DNA from: an uncultured Veillonella sp.
Lineage (GTDB): Bacteria; Bacillota; Negativicutes; Veillonellales; Veillonellaceae
Direction: 5' to 3'
DNA: 64,000 nt
Assembly (NCBI GenBank): GCA_902477915.1
Contig: CABSJA010000003.1
Span: 3,156 to 67,155, forward strand
Position numbers and translations under genes: made by a program. Each line of letters begins with the position of its first letter. Within the stretch, counting starts at the first letter, position 1. Shown piece by piece: positions 10,489-19,400 of the stretch. The notes under the pieces were generated by a model, which was not told where the DNA came from, did not search any database, and saw only the letters and a list, made by a program, of their open reading frames with translations.

Positions 10489-11433
10489 TTATTTACCAAG
10501 ACCTTGAAGTTTTTTAATTACAGTTTCAGTTTCAGCCATGATATCTTTGATAATAGTTGCACATGGTTTAACATCTGTTAACATGCCAGAGATTTGACCA
10601 ATCATTACAGAGCCTTCTTTTACATCACCTTCAATAGCAGCTTTACGAAGTGTGCCTGCACCTAAGTTTTCTAAATCTTCTTTGGAACCACCGCTAAATT
10701 CAAGGGATTTATATTTATGAGCTAATGCATTATCAATGATACGTACAGGGTGACCTGTTGTTAAACCAGTCATAACAGTGGCACGATCTTTTGCTTTCAA
10801 TACTGCATTTTTATAGTTTTCATGAGCAATACATTCTTCGGATAATACGAATCGCGTACCCATTTGTACTGCTTGAGCGCCTAATGCAAAGGCTGCAGCC
10901 ATACCACGGCCATCAGCAATACCACCAGCTGCGATAACTGGAACATCTACAGCATCTACTACTTGTGGAATCAATGCCATAGTAGTAATATCGCCTACGT
11001 GACCACCAGATTCTGTACCTTCTGCAATAATTGCATCAATGCCACCACGCAACAAACGTTTTGCAAGCAAAACGGAAGCAACTACTGGAATTACCTTTGT
11101 ACCGATTTCTTTTAAAGCTGGAATGTACACGCCAGGATTACCAGCACCTGTTGTAATAACAGGAACGCGTTCTTCCACAACTACTTCCATAACTTCTTTT
11201 ACAAATGGAGACATGAGCATGATGTTACAACCAAATGGTTTGCTTGTACGCTCTTTTAATTTGTGAATTTCATTACGGAAAATATCAGGAGGCATATGAC
11301 CAGCCCCAATGATGCCAAGGCCACCAGCTTCAGATACGGCTGCTGCTAATTCTGCAGTACCGAGCCAAGCCATACCACCTTGTAAGATTGGATACTCAAT
11401 CTGCAATAAATCACAAATGTCAGTCTTAATCAT
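10489..11433 (-). CDS. fabK: Enoyl-ACP reductase II
   Basis: YPILQGGMAW, ESGGHVG, AAGGIADGRG; lies in the fab operon. Confidence 0.9.
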   Translation of the reverse strand: MIKTDICDLLQIEYPILQGGMAWLGTAELAAAVSEAGGLGIIGAGHMPPDIFRNEIHKLKERTSKPFGCNIMLMSPFVKEVMEVVVEERVPVITTGAGNPGVYIPALKEIGTKVIPVVASVLLAKRLLRGGIDAIIAEGTESGGHVGDITTMALIPQVVDAVDVPVIAAGGIADGRGMAAAFALGAQAVQMGTRFVLSEECIAHENYKNAVLKAKDRATVMTGLTTGHPVRIIDNALAHKYKSLEFSGGSKEDLENLGAGTLRKAAIEGDVKEGSVMIGQISGMLTDVKPCATIIKDIMAETETVIKKLQGLGK

Positions 11434-11448
11434 CTTGATGTGTCCTCC

Positions 11449-12444
11449 TTAATACCATTTCAAGACAAGGCTAGCCCAAGTTAGGCCTGCACCAAATCCT
11501 GCAAACGCAACGTTATCACCGCGTTTGAAACGTCCTTCACGATTAGCTTCGTCCAAAGCGATCGCTACAGACGCGGCAGATGTATTACCATACTTATGTA
11601 AATTAACAAATACTTTTTCCATCGGCATATGTAAGCGTTTTGCAGCCGAATCAATAATACGAATATTTGCTTGATGTGGAATGAAGAAGTCTAACTCATT
11701 AAGTTCCATTCCAGCACGTTCTAAAGATCTTAGAACCGTACGCCCCATCGTTTTAACAGCAAATTTATATACTTCAGGGCCATCCATATGAATGAATGTT
11801 AAACCTTCTTCAACGCGTTGGTCATTGGCAACTACAGCCGTACCACCTGCAGGAATACAAAGAGATGGACCACCAGTACCATCAGCTCCCATATCAACAC
11901 CTTTAATGCCATAACCTTCAGGAACTTCAGATACTACTGCAGCACCTGCACCATCACCAAAGAGGATACATGTACCACGATCATTCCAATTCACTCGACG
12001 AGAGAGAATTTCAGCCCCTACAACGAGTACCTTTTTATATAAGCCAGAGCTAATATAGCTAGCTGCAGTAATCAATCCATAAACAAAGCCAGAACATGCA
12101 GCTTGCAAATCATAAGCCGCTGCATTTTTAGCTCCTAAATTCGCTTGTAATACACAAGCTGCTGAAGGAATAATCATATCCGGTGTTAAGGTAGCAAAAA
12201 TAATCATATCAATGTCTTCTGCGGTAACCTTAGCCATTTGCATAGCTTTCTTGGCAGCCTCAGTTGCCATATAGGATGTATTCATACCTTCCGGTGCAAT
12301 GCGTCGTTCTTCGATACCAGTACGTTCTCTAATCCATTGGTCATTGGTATCAACCATTTTTTCAAGATCAAAGTTTGTTACTACATTGTCAGGAAGGAAG
12401 CTCCCAGTACCAATGATTCCTACTGGTTTACTCATCATAGTCAT
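11449..12444 (-). CDS. fabH: 3-oxoacyl-ACP synthase III
   Basis: AACSGF, PHQANIRI, GNTSAAS catalytic triad motifs. Confidence 0.96.
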   Translation of the reverse strand: MTMMSKPVGIIGTGSFLPDNVVTNFDLEKMVDTNDQWIRERTGIEERRIAPEGMNTSYMATEAAKKAMQMAKVTAEDIDMIIFATLTPDMIIPSAACVLQANLGAKNAAAYDLQAACSGFVYGLITAASYISSGLYKKVLVVGAEILSRRVNWNDRGTCILFGDGAGAAVVSEVPEGYGIKGVDMGADGTGGPSLCIPAGGTAVVANDQRVEEGLTFIHMDGPEVYKFAVKTMGRTVLRSLERAGMELNELDFFIPHQANIRIIDSAAKRLHMPMEKVFVNLHKYGNTSAASVAIALDEANREGRFKRGDNVAFAGFGAGLTWASLVLKWY

Positions 12445-13456
12445 ACTTCAAGGCTCCTTCAATATCCATTGTTTCTCTTATGTGTTGAATAATTTTACGT
12501 TCTACTAAATCTCCAGCAATTTCAATAGCAGTCTTTATCTCTTTTGATTTAGAGCTACCATGGGCAATCATAAAGACCCCATTAACCCCTAAGAGTGGAG
12601 CACCACCATTTTCTGTGTGATCTAAGCGTTTAGCCATCTTCTTCAAAGCTGGCTTTACGAGCATAGCACCAATCTTAGCAAAGATACTCCCTGCCATGAT
12701 GCTATCCTTTACTAATTGTGCAAGACCTGTTACTAGACCTTCCGCAAATTTAAGTACCACATTACCTACAAAGCCATCGCATACAACAACATCTACGGCC
12801 CCTTTAGGAATATCACGGCCTTCAATATTACCTTTAAAATTGATGGTTTTCATACGTTCCAAAATTGGATATGTGGCTAGAACGACATCGTTCCCTTTTG
12901 TGGCTTCTTCGCCAATATTTAATAATCCTACTGTAGGATTCTCTTTACCTAATAAAAGTTTTGCATATTCAGAGCCCATCAAAGCACCTTGTACAAGATG
13001 TTTTGGTTTACTATTGGAGTTAGCACCTGAGTCTAACATAACAGTAATACCACTCACTGTTGGCATCGGAGTAGCAATAACTGGGCGATCAACCCCTTTA
13101 ATGCGACCGAGTCCAAACAATGCAGCTGCTACAGCAGCACCTGTGCTACCAGGAGCAATTACGGCATCGCAAATATTATCACGAACTAAAGATGTTGCTA
13201 CCACAACAGACGCGTCCTTTTTCTTACGCAATGCTTGTCCTGGATGCTCATCCATACCGATGACTTGACTGGCATGATGTACAGAAATGCGTGGATTCTT
13301 AGCTTCATTATTAGCTTCTAATATATTAAAAATTTGCTGCTCATCGCCGACGAGCACCACTTCAATGTGCTCATTTGCTCGTACGGCTTCAATGGATCCT
13401 AGTACAGTCTCCAATGGAGCAAAGTCGCCACCCATGGCGTCTATTGCAATTTTCAT
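12428..13456 (-). CDS. plsX: Phosphate acyltransferase PlsX
   Basis: IAIDAMGGD, LLNIGEE, DGFVGNV, HGSS. Confidence 0.96.
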   Translation of the reverse strand: MKIAIDAMGGDFAPLETVLGSIEAVRANEHIEVVLVGDEQQIFNILEANNEAKNPRISVHHASQVIGMDEHPGQALRKKKDASVVVATSLVRDNICDAVIAPGSTGAAVAAALFGLGRIKGVDRPVIATPMPTVSGITVMLDSGANSNSKPKHLVQGALMGSEYAKLLLGKENPTVGLLNIGEEATKGNDVVLATYPILERMKTINFKGNIEGRDIPKGAVDVVVCDGFVGNVVLKFAEGLVTGLAQLVKDSIMAGSIFAKIGAMLVKPALKKMAKRLDHTENGGAPLLGVNGVFMIAHGSSKSKEIKTAIEIAGDLVERKIIQHIRETMDIEGALKYDYDE

Positions 13457-13459
13457 AAT

Positions 13460-14020
13460 CTACACCCTATTCTCTACGGATTCCATAATAAATTTTGCGC
13501 GAAATACTTCTTTTATTTTATCTCTTATAATGACCCAAATAAAGAACTTATTACCACGGCGACGTACAATTTCTGCTTTTGCCACCAGATTAGTACCAGC
13601 TCCTACTGGGTTTTTATATTTTATATTTCCAACCTCCGCAGAACAAACAGTAGTCCCCATGACTACCTTTGCGAGGGAATTCGCTTGAGCATATAAATAC
13701 TGTGGCTCTACATATCCAAATCGATCTTCCATGTCTGCAGTAGTGCGCAACATCGATAATGCTTGTCGCCCTTCCGTGACATCAATCAATTCACCAACCA
13801 CTTCGTACGGTACATGTTCTACCATTTCTTGTGATTGACCTGTAGCCATGACGCGTATGCGTTCACGCAATTCAGGAATCCCCAACTCTAGCCGATCAAG
13901 ACGAATAGTTGGCACACTTACATTAAAGTGTGTTGCCAATTCTTCATCAGTAAGAAATGGCGTAATATTCAGTTTTTCTTGTAACTGCTTTTGGCGCTCT
14001 TGCTTCTTTAACCGACTCAT
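13460..14020 (-). CDS. fapR: Fatty acid biosynthesis repressor FapR
   Basis: PFLTDEELA..FNVSVPTIRLDRLELGIPELRERI HTH plus hotdog domain (AQANSLA); first gene of the plsX-fab operon. Confidence 0.93.
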   Translation of the reverse strand: MSRLKKQERQKQLQEKLNITPFLTDEELATHFNVSVPTIRLDRLELGIPELRERIRVMATGQSQEMVEHVPYEVVGELIDVTEGRQALSMLRTTADMEDRFGYVEPQYLYAQANSLAKVVMGTTVCSAEVGNIKYKNPVGAGTNLVAKAEIVRRRGNKFFIWVIIRDKIKEVFRAKFIMESVENRV

Positions 14021-14031
14021 GGGACCACCTT

Positions 14032-14048
14032 TTATGACCTAGTATTAA
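14032..14048 (-). promoter_or_regulatory. Putative FapR operator
   Basis: TTAATACTAGGTCATAA (minus strand), a 17-bp imperfect palindrome resembling Bacillus/Staphylococcus FapR boxes, between the -10 and the RBS of fapR. Confidence 0.75.
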
Positions 14049-14060
14049 TATTACATCCTA

Positions 14061-14089
14061 AGTATATACAATAATTCCCCTATTGGCAA
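14061..14089 (-). promoter_or_regulatory. Sigma-A promoter of the fapR operon
   Basis: TTGCCA-17bp-TATACT. Confidence 0.7.
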
Positions 14090-14181
14090 GGCTTTTCATA
14101 CATATAGTAACAGATTTTCCTCATATATACTAAATATAGATATTATTTTATATTTAAGTATCGTTTTGTTTATAAAAGTAT

Positions 14182-14230
14182 AAAAAAATGCCACTATTCT
14201 ACAGCTTTATATTACTATAAAATAGCGGCA
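14182..14230 (-). terminator. Second intrinsic terminator between rpmF and fapR
   Basis: 16-bp stem (with G-U pairs) TGCCGCTATTTTATAG/CTGTAGAATAGTGGCA followed by T7. Confidence 0.6.
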
Positions 14231-14292
14231 CTGACTAATGCATATGAAGTATATTAAGTTATATATATTACTAAAAGTATACAAAAGCATAC

Positions 14293-14329
14293 AAAAAAGA
14301 CGCCTACTACTACAGTAGGCGTCTTTTTT
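14293..14329 (-). terminator. Intrinsic terminator after rpmF
   Basis: AAAAAAGACGCCTACT...AGTAGGCGTCTTTTTT. Confidence 0.8.
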
Positions 14330-14340
14330 CCGCTCACATA

Positions 14341-14517
14341 TTAAGCATTAGCTACTACTTGCTCACCTTTATAGTGACCACATGTAGGGCAAACACGATG
14401 AGGCATCTTAGGTTCGTGGCATTGTGGACATGCTACATAACCAGGAGCTTCTAATTTCCAATTAGCACGACGGCGATCGCGACGGCATTTAGACAATCTA
14501 CGCTTAGGTACTGCCAT
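14341..14517 (-). CDS. rpmF: 50S ribosomal protein L32 (Zn-binding CxxC form)
   Basis: MAVPKRR...CPQC...[10 protein letters not shown]; true start at 14517 after AGGAGG. Confidence 0.97.
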   Translation of the reverse strand: MAVPKRRLSKCRRDRRRANWKLEAPGYVACPQCHEPKMPHRVCPTCGHYKGEQVVANA

Positions 14518-14542
14518 TATCTGCACCTCCTTAGTACAATCA

Positions 14543-15055
14543 TTAGGACAATCTATCATCTTTCTCATCAAGCAAAGCACGTAACTCTGCAAATCGAGGA
14601 TCCACCACAAAGGATTCACAAGAACAAGGTGAAACATTCAAATTTGCTCCGCAATGAACGCACAATCCTTTGCAATCATCCTGACATAACACTTGAGAGG
14701 GCTCATTGATGATTAATGTATCCCTAATTAGTTCGGTTAAGTCAATTTCCTCTCCATCGAAAGGAATCACATCTTCAGCAGCGTCTCTAGAATCACTAAA
14801 GATTTCCTCAAAGGAATCCTTACGATCATGCTCTGTTGTAGTTAAACAACGAGAACACTCGTAATCACCTTTAGACTCTATCGAACCTTGAACGATGTAA
14901 TTTTGACCATCAAACCAAAACTCACCATTAATGGTTATATCATGACGGCTCCAAGGAAAAGCAGTTACGTCACCAAGCTCAGAGGTTGGTATCGTATAGC
15001 TATAAGGAAATTTCTTTCCTATATGTTCTTTTGCTTGCTCTACTTGCAGTTTCAT
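14543..15055 (-). CDS. YceD/DUF177 family protein
   Basis: CSRCL and [18 protein letters not shown]...DPRFAEL; directly upstream of rpmF. Confidence 0.92.
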   Translation of the reverse strand: MKLQVEQAKEHIGKKFPYSYTIPTSELGDVTAFPWSRHDITINGEFWFDGQNYIVQGSIESKGDYECSRCLTTTEHDRKDSFEEIFSDSRDAAEDVIPFDGEEIDLTELIRDTLIINEPSQVLCQDDCKGLCVHCGANLNVSPCSCESFVVDPRFAELRALLDEKDDRLS

Positions 15056-15076
15056 AATCTTACCTCGACTCATAAT

Positions 15077-15105
15077 ATTATAAACATGACATAGTGCTTT
15101 GTCAA
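15077..15105 (-). promoter_or_regulatory. Consensus sigma-A promoter of yceD-rpmF
   Basis: TTGACA-17bp-TATAAT, a perfect match. Confidence 0.85.
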
Positions 15106-15108
15106 ATA

Positions 15109-15146
15109 AAAAAGACTATCTTAAGCGGACTCAAGATAGTCTTTTT
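15109..15146 (-). terminator. Terminator after rubredoxin
   Basis: AAAAAGACTATCTT...AAGATAGTCTTTTT. Confidence 0.8.
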
Positions 15147-15156
15147 GGTAAGTCAA

Positions 15157-15291
15157 TTACATTTTTTCGAATTGGTCTTTACCAACACCGCAAATTGGGC
15201 AAACATAATCAGCTGGTTGATCTTCGAATTTTACGCCTTCAACAGCTTCGTCATAAACCCAACCACATACTACGCATACGTATTTTTCCAT
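15157..15291 (-). CDS. Rubredoxin (44 aa; absent from the ORF track)
   Basis: Hand translation gives [44 protein letters not shown]: two CxxCG motifs, an AAGGAGG RBS and its own terminator. Confidence 0.95.
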   Translation of the reverse strand: MEKYVCVVCGWVYDEAVEGVKFEDQPADYVCPICGVGKDQFEKM

Positions 15292-15839
15292 GAGTATTTC
15301 CTCCTTCACTTGAAAATTATTGTTTAATATTTATCTTTTATAATTCAGATACTCTATCTGTAATGTAGTATATCAAAGATATCGAAACTTTTCAATACTC
15401 ATTTTCTTAATTTCTCATTTTTTCTAATATTTAAAAAGCATATATAATATGCGGATTTGTGCTACATTATAATTTGAAATGTATTATCATTTAGACCGAT
15501 TATGACCTAAATTTACCTCAATCCCTTTCCCTATTGCTACTTATCTGTCAATATATCTATTAATATAAATAATGGCCATTATTATACCGATAGTTTTTAA
15601 AGTATTAACTAAAATCAGACCTAAGGTGTACATAATTTATATATTATACTATTATATATAGAAGAGAATATTGTTATATTATATATTCTAAAAGAACTTA
15701 ATTAATAACTTATTATATAAGTATGTACTTATGAACACTTACTTCTCTATGCGATATAATCATAATAAGAACTTCACGATCTTAATATGAAATATCGGTC
15801 AGAGAAATCGTCATTTATATTGTTATCATAGGAGGATTT

Positions 15840-16793
15840 ATGAGAACAGCTTTAACAGAACTTTTACAAATTGAATATCCTATTATCCAAGGTGCTATGG
15901 CTTGGGTATCTGAACACAAATTAGTATCTGCCGTTGCAAACGCTGGTGCAACAGGCGTTATCGCCCTCGGTGGTCGTGATGCAGAATGGACTCGCAACGA
16001 AATTCGTGCATGCAAAGAATTAACTGATAAACCATTCGGTGTTAACCTTATGTTGATGGCTCCTAATAAAGACGAGTTGGTAGATGTTATCATCCAAGAA
16101 AAACCTGCTTTCGTAACACTTGGTGCTGGTAATCCTGTACCATATATCAAACCTCTTCAAGAGGCTGGTATCAAGGTTATCCCTGTAGTTCCTTCCCTTA
16201 AATTAGCTAAACGTATCGAAGAAGCTGGCGCTGATGCAATGATCGTAGAAGGTATGGAAGCTGGTGGTCACATCGGTAGCCAAACAACAATGTCTTTAAT
16301 GGAAAACATTTTACCTGAAATCTCTATTCCTGTAGTAGTAGCTGGCTCTATCGTTGATGGTCGCGGTCTTGCTGCTGCATTACTCATGGGTGCACAAGGT
16401 GTACAAATGGGCTCTCGCTTCTTACTTGCTGAGGAATGCCAAGCACACAAAAATATGAAAGAAGCCATTATCAAAGCTACAGATACTGATTCTGTTGTAA
16501 CGGGTCTTCTCTCTGGCCACGGTGGTGTTCGTAGTTTAAAAAATGAATTTACTACTCGCTATTTGGCCGCAGAAACTGATGGCGTTACTACCCCTGAAGA
16601 ACGTACAAAAATGTCTCAAGGCACTAATAAACGCGCTGCTATTGATGGCGATGTTGTAAATGGTGCTGTACAAGTCGGTCAAGCATTGAATCGTCTTGTA
16701 GCTATTGAGCCAGCTCATACAATCGTTCAAACTGTAATGAACGAAGCTATTATGTCTATTCGTAAGGCTCAACGCCTTCTTGAAATTGTTTAA
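15840..16793 (+). CDS. FabK-like enoyl reductase / nitronate monooxygenase family paralogue
   Basis: YPIIQGAMAW, EAGGHIG, GVQMGSRF; collinear with the fabK at 10489. Confidence 0.85.
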   Translation: MRTALTELLQIEYPIIQGAMAWVSEHKLVSAVANAGATGVIALGGRDAEWTRNEIRACKELTDKPFGVNLMLMAPNKDELVDVIIQEKPAFVTLGAGNPVPYIKPLQEAGIKVIPVVPSLKLAKRIEEAGADAMIVEGMEAGGHIGSQTTMSLMENILPEISIPVVVAGSIVDGRGLAAALLMGAQGVQMGSRFLLAEECQAHKNMKEAIIKATDTDSVVTGLLSGHGGVRSLKNEFTTRYLAAETDGVTTPEERTKMSQGTNKRAAIDGDVVNGAVQVGQALNRLVAIEPAHTIVQTVMNEAIMSIRKAQRLLEIV

Positions 16794-16810
16794 TAAATTA
16801 GGAGTACCAT

Positions 16811-17359
16811 ATGTTACCATTTCATGGAAAATATCCAAAATTAGATCCTAAAAGTTGCGTCATGCCCGGTGCGGAACTTGCTGGTGATGTAGAACTTAAA
16901 GAATATGCATCTATTTGGCAAAACTGTGCACTTCGTGGCGACGTAAATAAAATTATTGTAGGTCGTTACTCTAATGTACAAGATAATTCTGTACTACATG
17001 TGGACGACGATAAAGCATGCGTCCTTGGCGATTATGTAACAATCGGCCACGGTGCCATCGTTCATGCTAGTACAATCGAAGACAATGTGTTAGTTGGCAT
17101 GGGTGCCATTGTATTAAGTGGTTGTCATATTGGCTCTGGCTCTATTATTGCAGCCGGTGCGGTAGTAAAAGAAAACACTGTCATCCCACCTAATTCTTTA
17201 GTAGTAGGCATTCCTGCTCGTATTGTTCGCACAGATGAAACTCAAATCGAACGTATTCACAATCAAGCTTTAAAATATAAACACTTGTGGACTATTGAAT
17301 ATGGTATGCTTCCTGATGCAGGTGGCGAGGAATACGATAAAAACGCTAAGATCGTATAA
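16811..17359 (+). CDS. Gamma-carbonic anhydrase-like (YrdA/CaiE/PaaY) hexapeptide protein
   Basis: LRGDVN, NVQDNSVLH, TIGHGAIVH (three His ligands), left-handed beta-helix repeats. Confidence 0.9.
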   Translation: MLPFHGKYPKLDPKSCVMPGAELAGDVELKEYASIWQNCALRGDVNKIIVGRYSNVQDNSVLHVDDDKACVLGDYVTIGHGAIVHASTIEDNVLVGMGAIVLSGCHIGSGSIIAAGAVVKENTVIPPNSLVVGIPARIVRTDETQIERIHNQALKYKHLWTIEYGMLPDAGGEEYDKNAKIV

Positions 17360-17370
17360 TTACATATAAC

Positions 17371-17404
17371 AAAAGCGGATAGTTGATCACAACTATCCGC
17401 TTTT
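17371..17404 (+). terminator. Bidirectional intrinsic terminator
   Basis: AAAAGCGGATAGTTG-atca-CAACTATCCGCTTTT between convergent genes. Confidence 0.85.
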
Positions 17405-17524
17405 ATTTTTTATTCACAAGCTTAATATGCCTTTATATAACTAAATATCACATTATAACTTTATAGCATTTTAACGAAATAAAAATATGTAGTCATACAC
17501 ATTTATAAATACTCTAATTAATAA

Positions 17525-18763
17525 CTATTTATTGATTTTTAATTTAGCCTGAACAATTTGTTCTACCATAAGTGCTGTCCCCATGGTCAATGCTATAGGG
17601 AACAACATTTCTACAGAAAACCTAGATAACTCAAGCATAAATACACAAGATGTCATCGGCATCTTTTGAGCAAGGCCAAGGAATGCTACGGCACCGATGA
17701 ATGCTGCCATACCTAATGATATAGGGGCAACAGCAATAGACCAAATGGTACCAAATACTATAGCTAGCGTACTTCCCAACATCATAGATGGAGTAATACG
17801 GCCACCATATGCACCTGCTGCTAATGCGAGTAGTACTGCTACCCACTTAGAACCAAATAAACCTAATGCATAAGTCCATGTAATTTCATTGGTAAAGGTT
17901 AATTCATTGCCAGCTTTACCATTCCCAAGAATTTCAGGGAAATACATAGCTAATACACCGATAAGTGTAAATGCTACGATAGAAATGGGAATCATAACAG
18001 GACTGCTACGATGAATAGCTGGTAACTTACTTTGTGTAATATTAAATAAAACTACACCTAACGCAACAATAGCACCCAAGGCAATGGAGAATTCAACATA
18101 ATGGCTACCCAAGCTAGGTTGAGCCATTGTATATTGAATAACATCCCCTACACCCGCCTGTCTCGTTACAAAGGTTGCTAATCCACAGCATACAAGAGCA
18201 GCACTCATAGCCCGTATATTCCATGTAAGAAGCAATGTTTCCAATGTAAAAATCGCTGCCGATAACGGTGAATTATAAACCGCTGCCAAGCCAGCACCTG
18301 CTGCACAAGCAATCAATAGTTGGCGGTCTTCTTGTTTTATATCAAAATGTTTAACTAAAAAAGTTGTAATCCCTGCACTGGCTTCACGTGGTGCGACTTC
18401 TCGCCCTAATGGTGAACCAATACCTACGGTAATAATTTGTAAAGTTGCATGTAAAACAGTAGTAATAGGATTCATATCCATTTTACCAGATACAGCCGTT
18501 TTAATATCTACTACACCTTTACCATATCGGTGAATAAGTACCCAACCAACACCGCCTATAAGACCGCAAATAATCAGTGGTATCAATCGCTCTACCGGAG
18601 ATACACGAGCTACAGCAGTGCCAAAACTCATATGATCAGCAGAAGAATAATGATATACAAAGTGCTGAACCCCATGTAATAAATGTGTATAAGAAGCCCC
18701 TACCAATCCCGCTATAAATCCAACGATAATTATGAGGCCTATTAAACGTTTATCAAATGCCAT
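17525..18763 (-). CDS. CLC-family anion channel/transporter with atypical motifs
   Basis: GSPLGREVAP, AAGAGLAAVYNSPL, GGRITP; many TM helices; no CBS domains. Confidence 0.85.
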   Translation of the reverse strand: MAFDKRLIGLIIIVGFIAGLVGASYTHLLHGVQHFVYHYSSADHMSFGTAVARVSPVERLIPLIICGLIGGVGWVLIHRYGKGVVDIKTAVSGKMDMNPITTVLHATLQIITVGIGSPLGREVAPREASAGITTFLVKHFDIKQEDRQLLIACAAGAGLAAVYNSPLSAAIFTLETLLLTWNIRAMSAALVCCGLATFVTRQAGVGDVIQYTMAQPSLGSHYVEFSIALGAIVALGVVLFNITQSKLPAIHRSSPVMIPISIVAFTLIGVLAMYFPEILGNGKAGNELTFTNEITWTYALGLFGSKWVAVLLALAAGAYGGRITPSMMLGSTLAIVFGTIWSIAVAPISLGMAAFIGAVAFLGLAQKMPMTSCVFMLELSRFSVEMLFPIALTMGTALMVEQIVQAKLKINK

Positions 18764-18765
18764 AC

Positions 18766-19263
18766 TTACTCCATTGCTAATACGACTTCGTCTGTTTCTA
18801 ATGTTTTCTTAACATCTATAATACGTTGATTAGATGACCCTCTAAATCGCAATGCTGGATCTTTTAGTTCATCTACAAAGCGACCGTCTACGAGAATATC
18901 AATTTCATGTAATAAAGCGCTTCTCAACTCATCTTCTAAGATATCATCTATTGTATAACCTGAATAGGCCCAAATTTTCTTGTCTGGCGCCGCCGCACGG
19001 ACTGCCCGCACCACCGGCAATAAACCTTGTACATTTTGGAACGGTTCCCCACCTAACAAGGTTAAACCTGAGCATGTTGGACTTTTCACATAGGATACAA
19101 CTAAATCAGTTTCAGATTGAGTCCACTCCTTACCGGCATTAAAATCCTGGTATTCTTCATTAAAACAGTTATAACAACAATGTGTACAACCGGTTACGAA
19201 TATAGATGTACGAATACCTTCCCCATTGGCAATATCATATTGTCTTATTTGCCCATATCTCAT
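18766..19263 (-). CDS. nrdG: Anaerobic ribonucleotide reductase activase
   Basis: ANGEGIR, GCTHCCYNCFN, LLGGEP, FRGSSNQRII. Confidence 0.96.
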   Translation of the reverse strand: MRYGQIRQYDIANGEGIRTSIFVTGCTHCCYNCFNEEYQDFNAGKEWTQSETDLVVSYVKSPTCSGLTLLGGEPFQNVQGLLPVVRAVRAAAPDKKIWAYSGYTIDDILEDELRSALLHEIDILVDGRFVDELKDPALRFRGSSNQRIIDVKKTLETDEVVLAME

Positions 19264-19336
19264 AATTACCTCCATAGTAGTGGTAATCAACTTTGACTAA
19301 CACTATATAGATATATTTCTATTTCTTACAAACGCA

Positions 19337-19367
19337 GTAAAAGCTGTGCCTTAAGCACAGCTTTTAC
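19337..19367 (-). terminator. Hairpin between nrdD and nrdG
   Basis: GTAAAAGCTGTGC-cttaa-GCACAGCTTTTAC. Confidence 0.7.
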
Positions 19368-19400
19368 CATGTATTTATAGTAACTATAATTCTAATAATT

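Noticed and set aside
15094..15327. Two plus-strand ORFs (77 and 64 aa)
   Set aside because: They are antisense to the real minus-strand rubredoxin and cross its terminator
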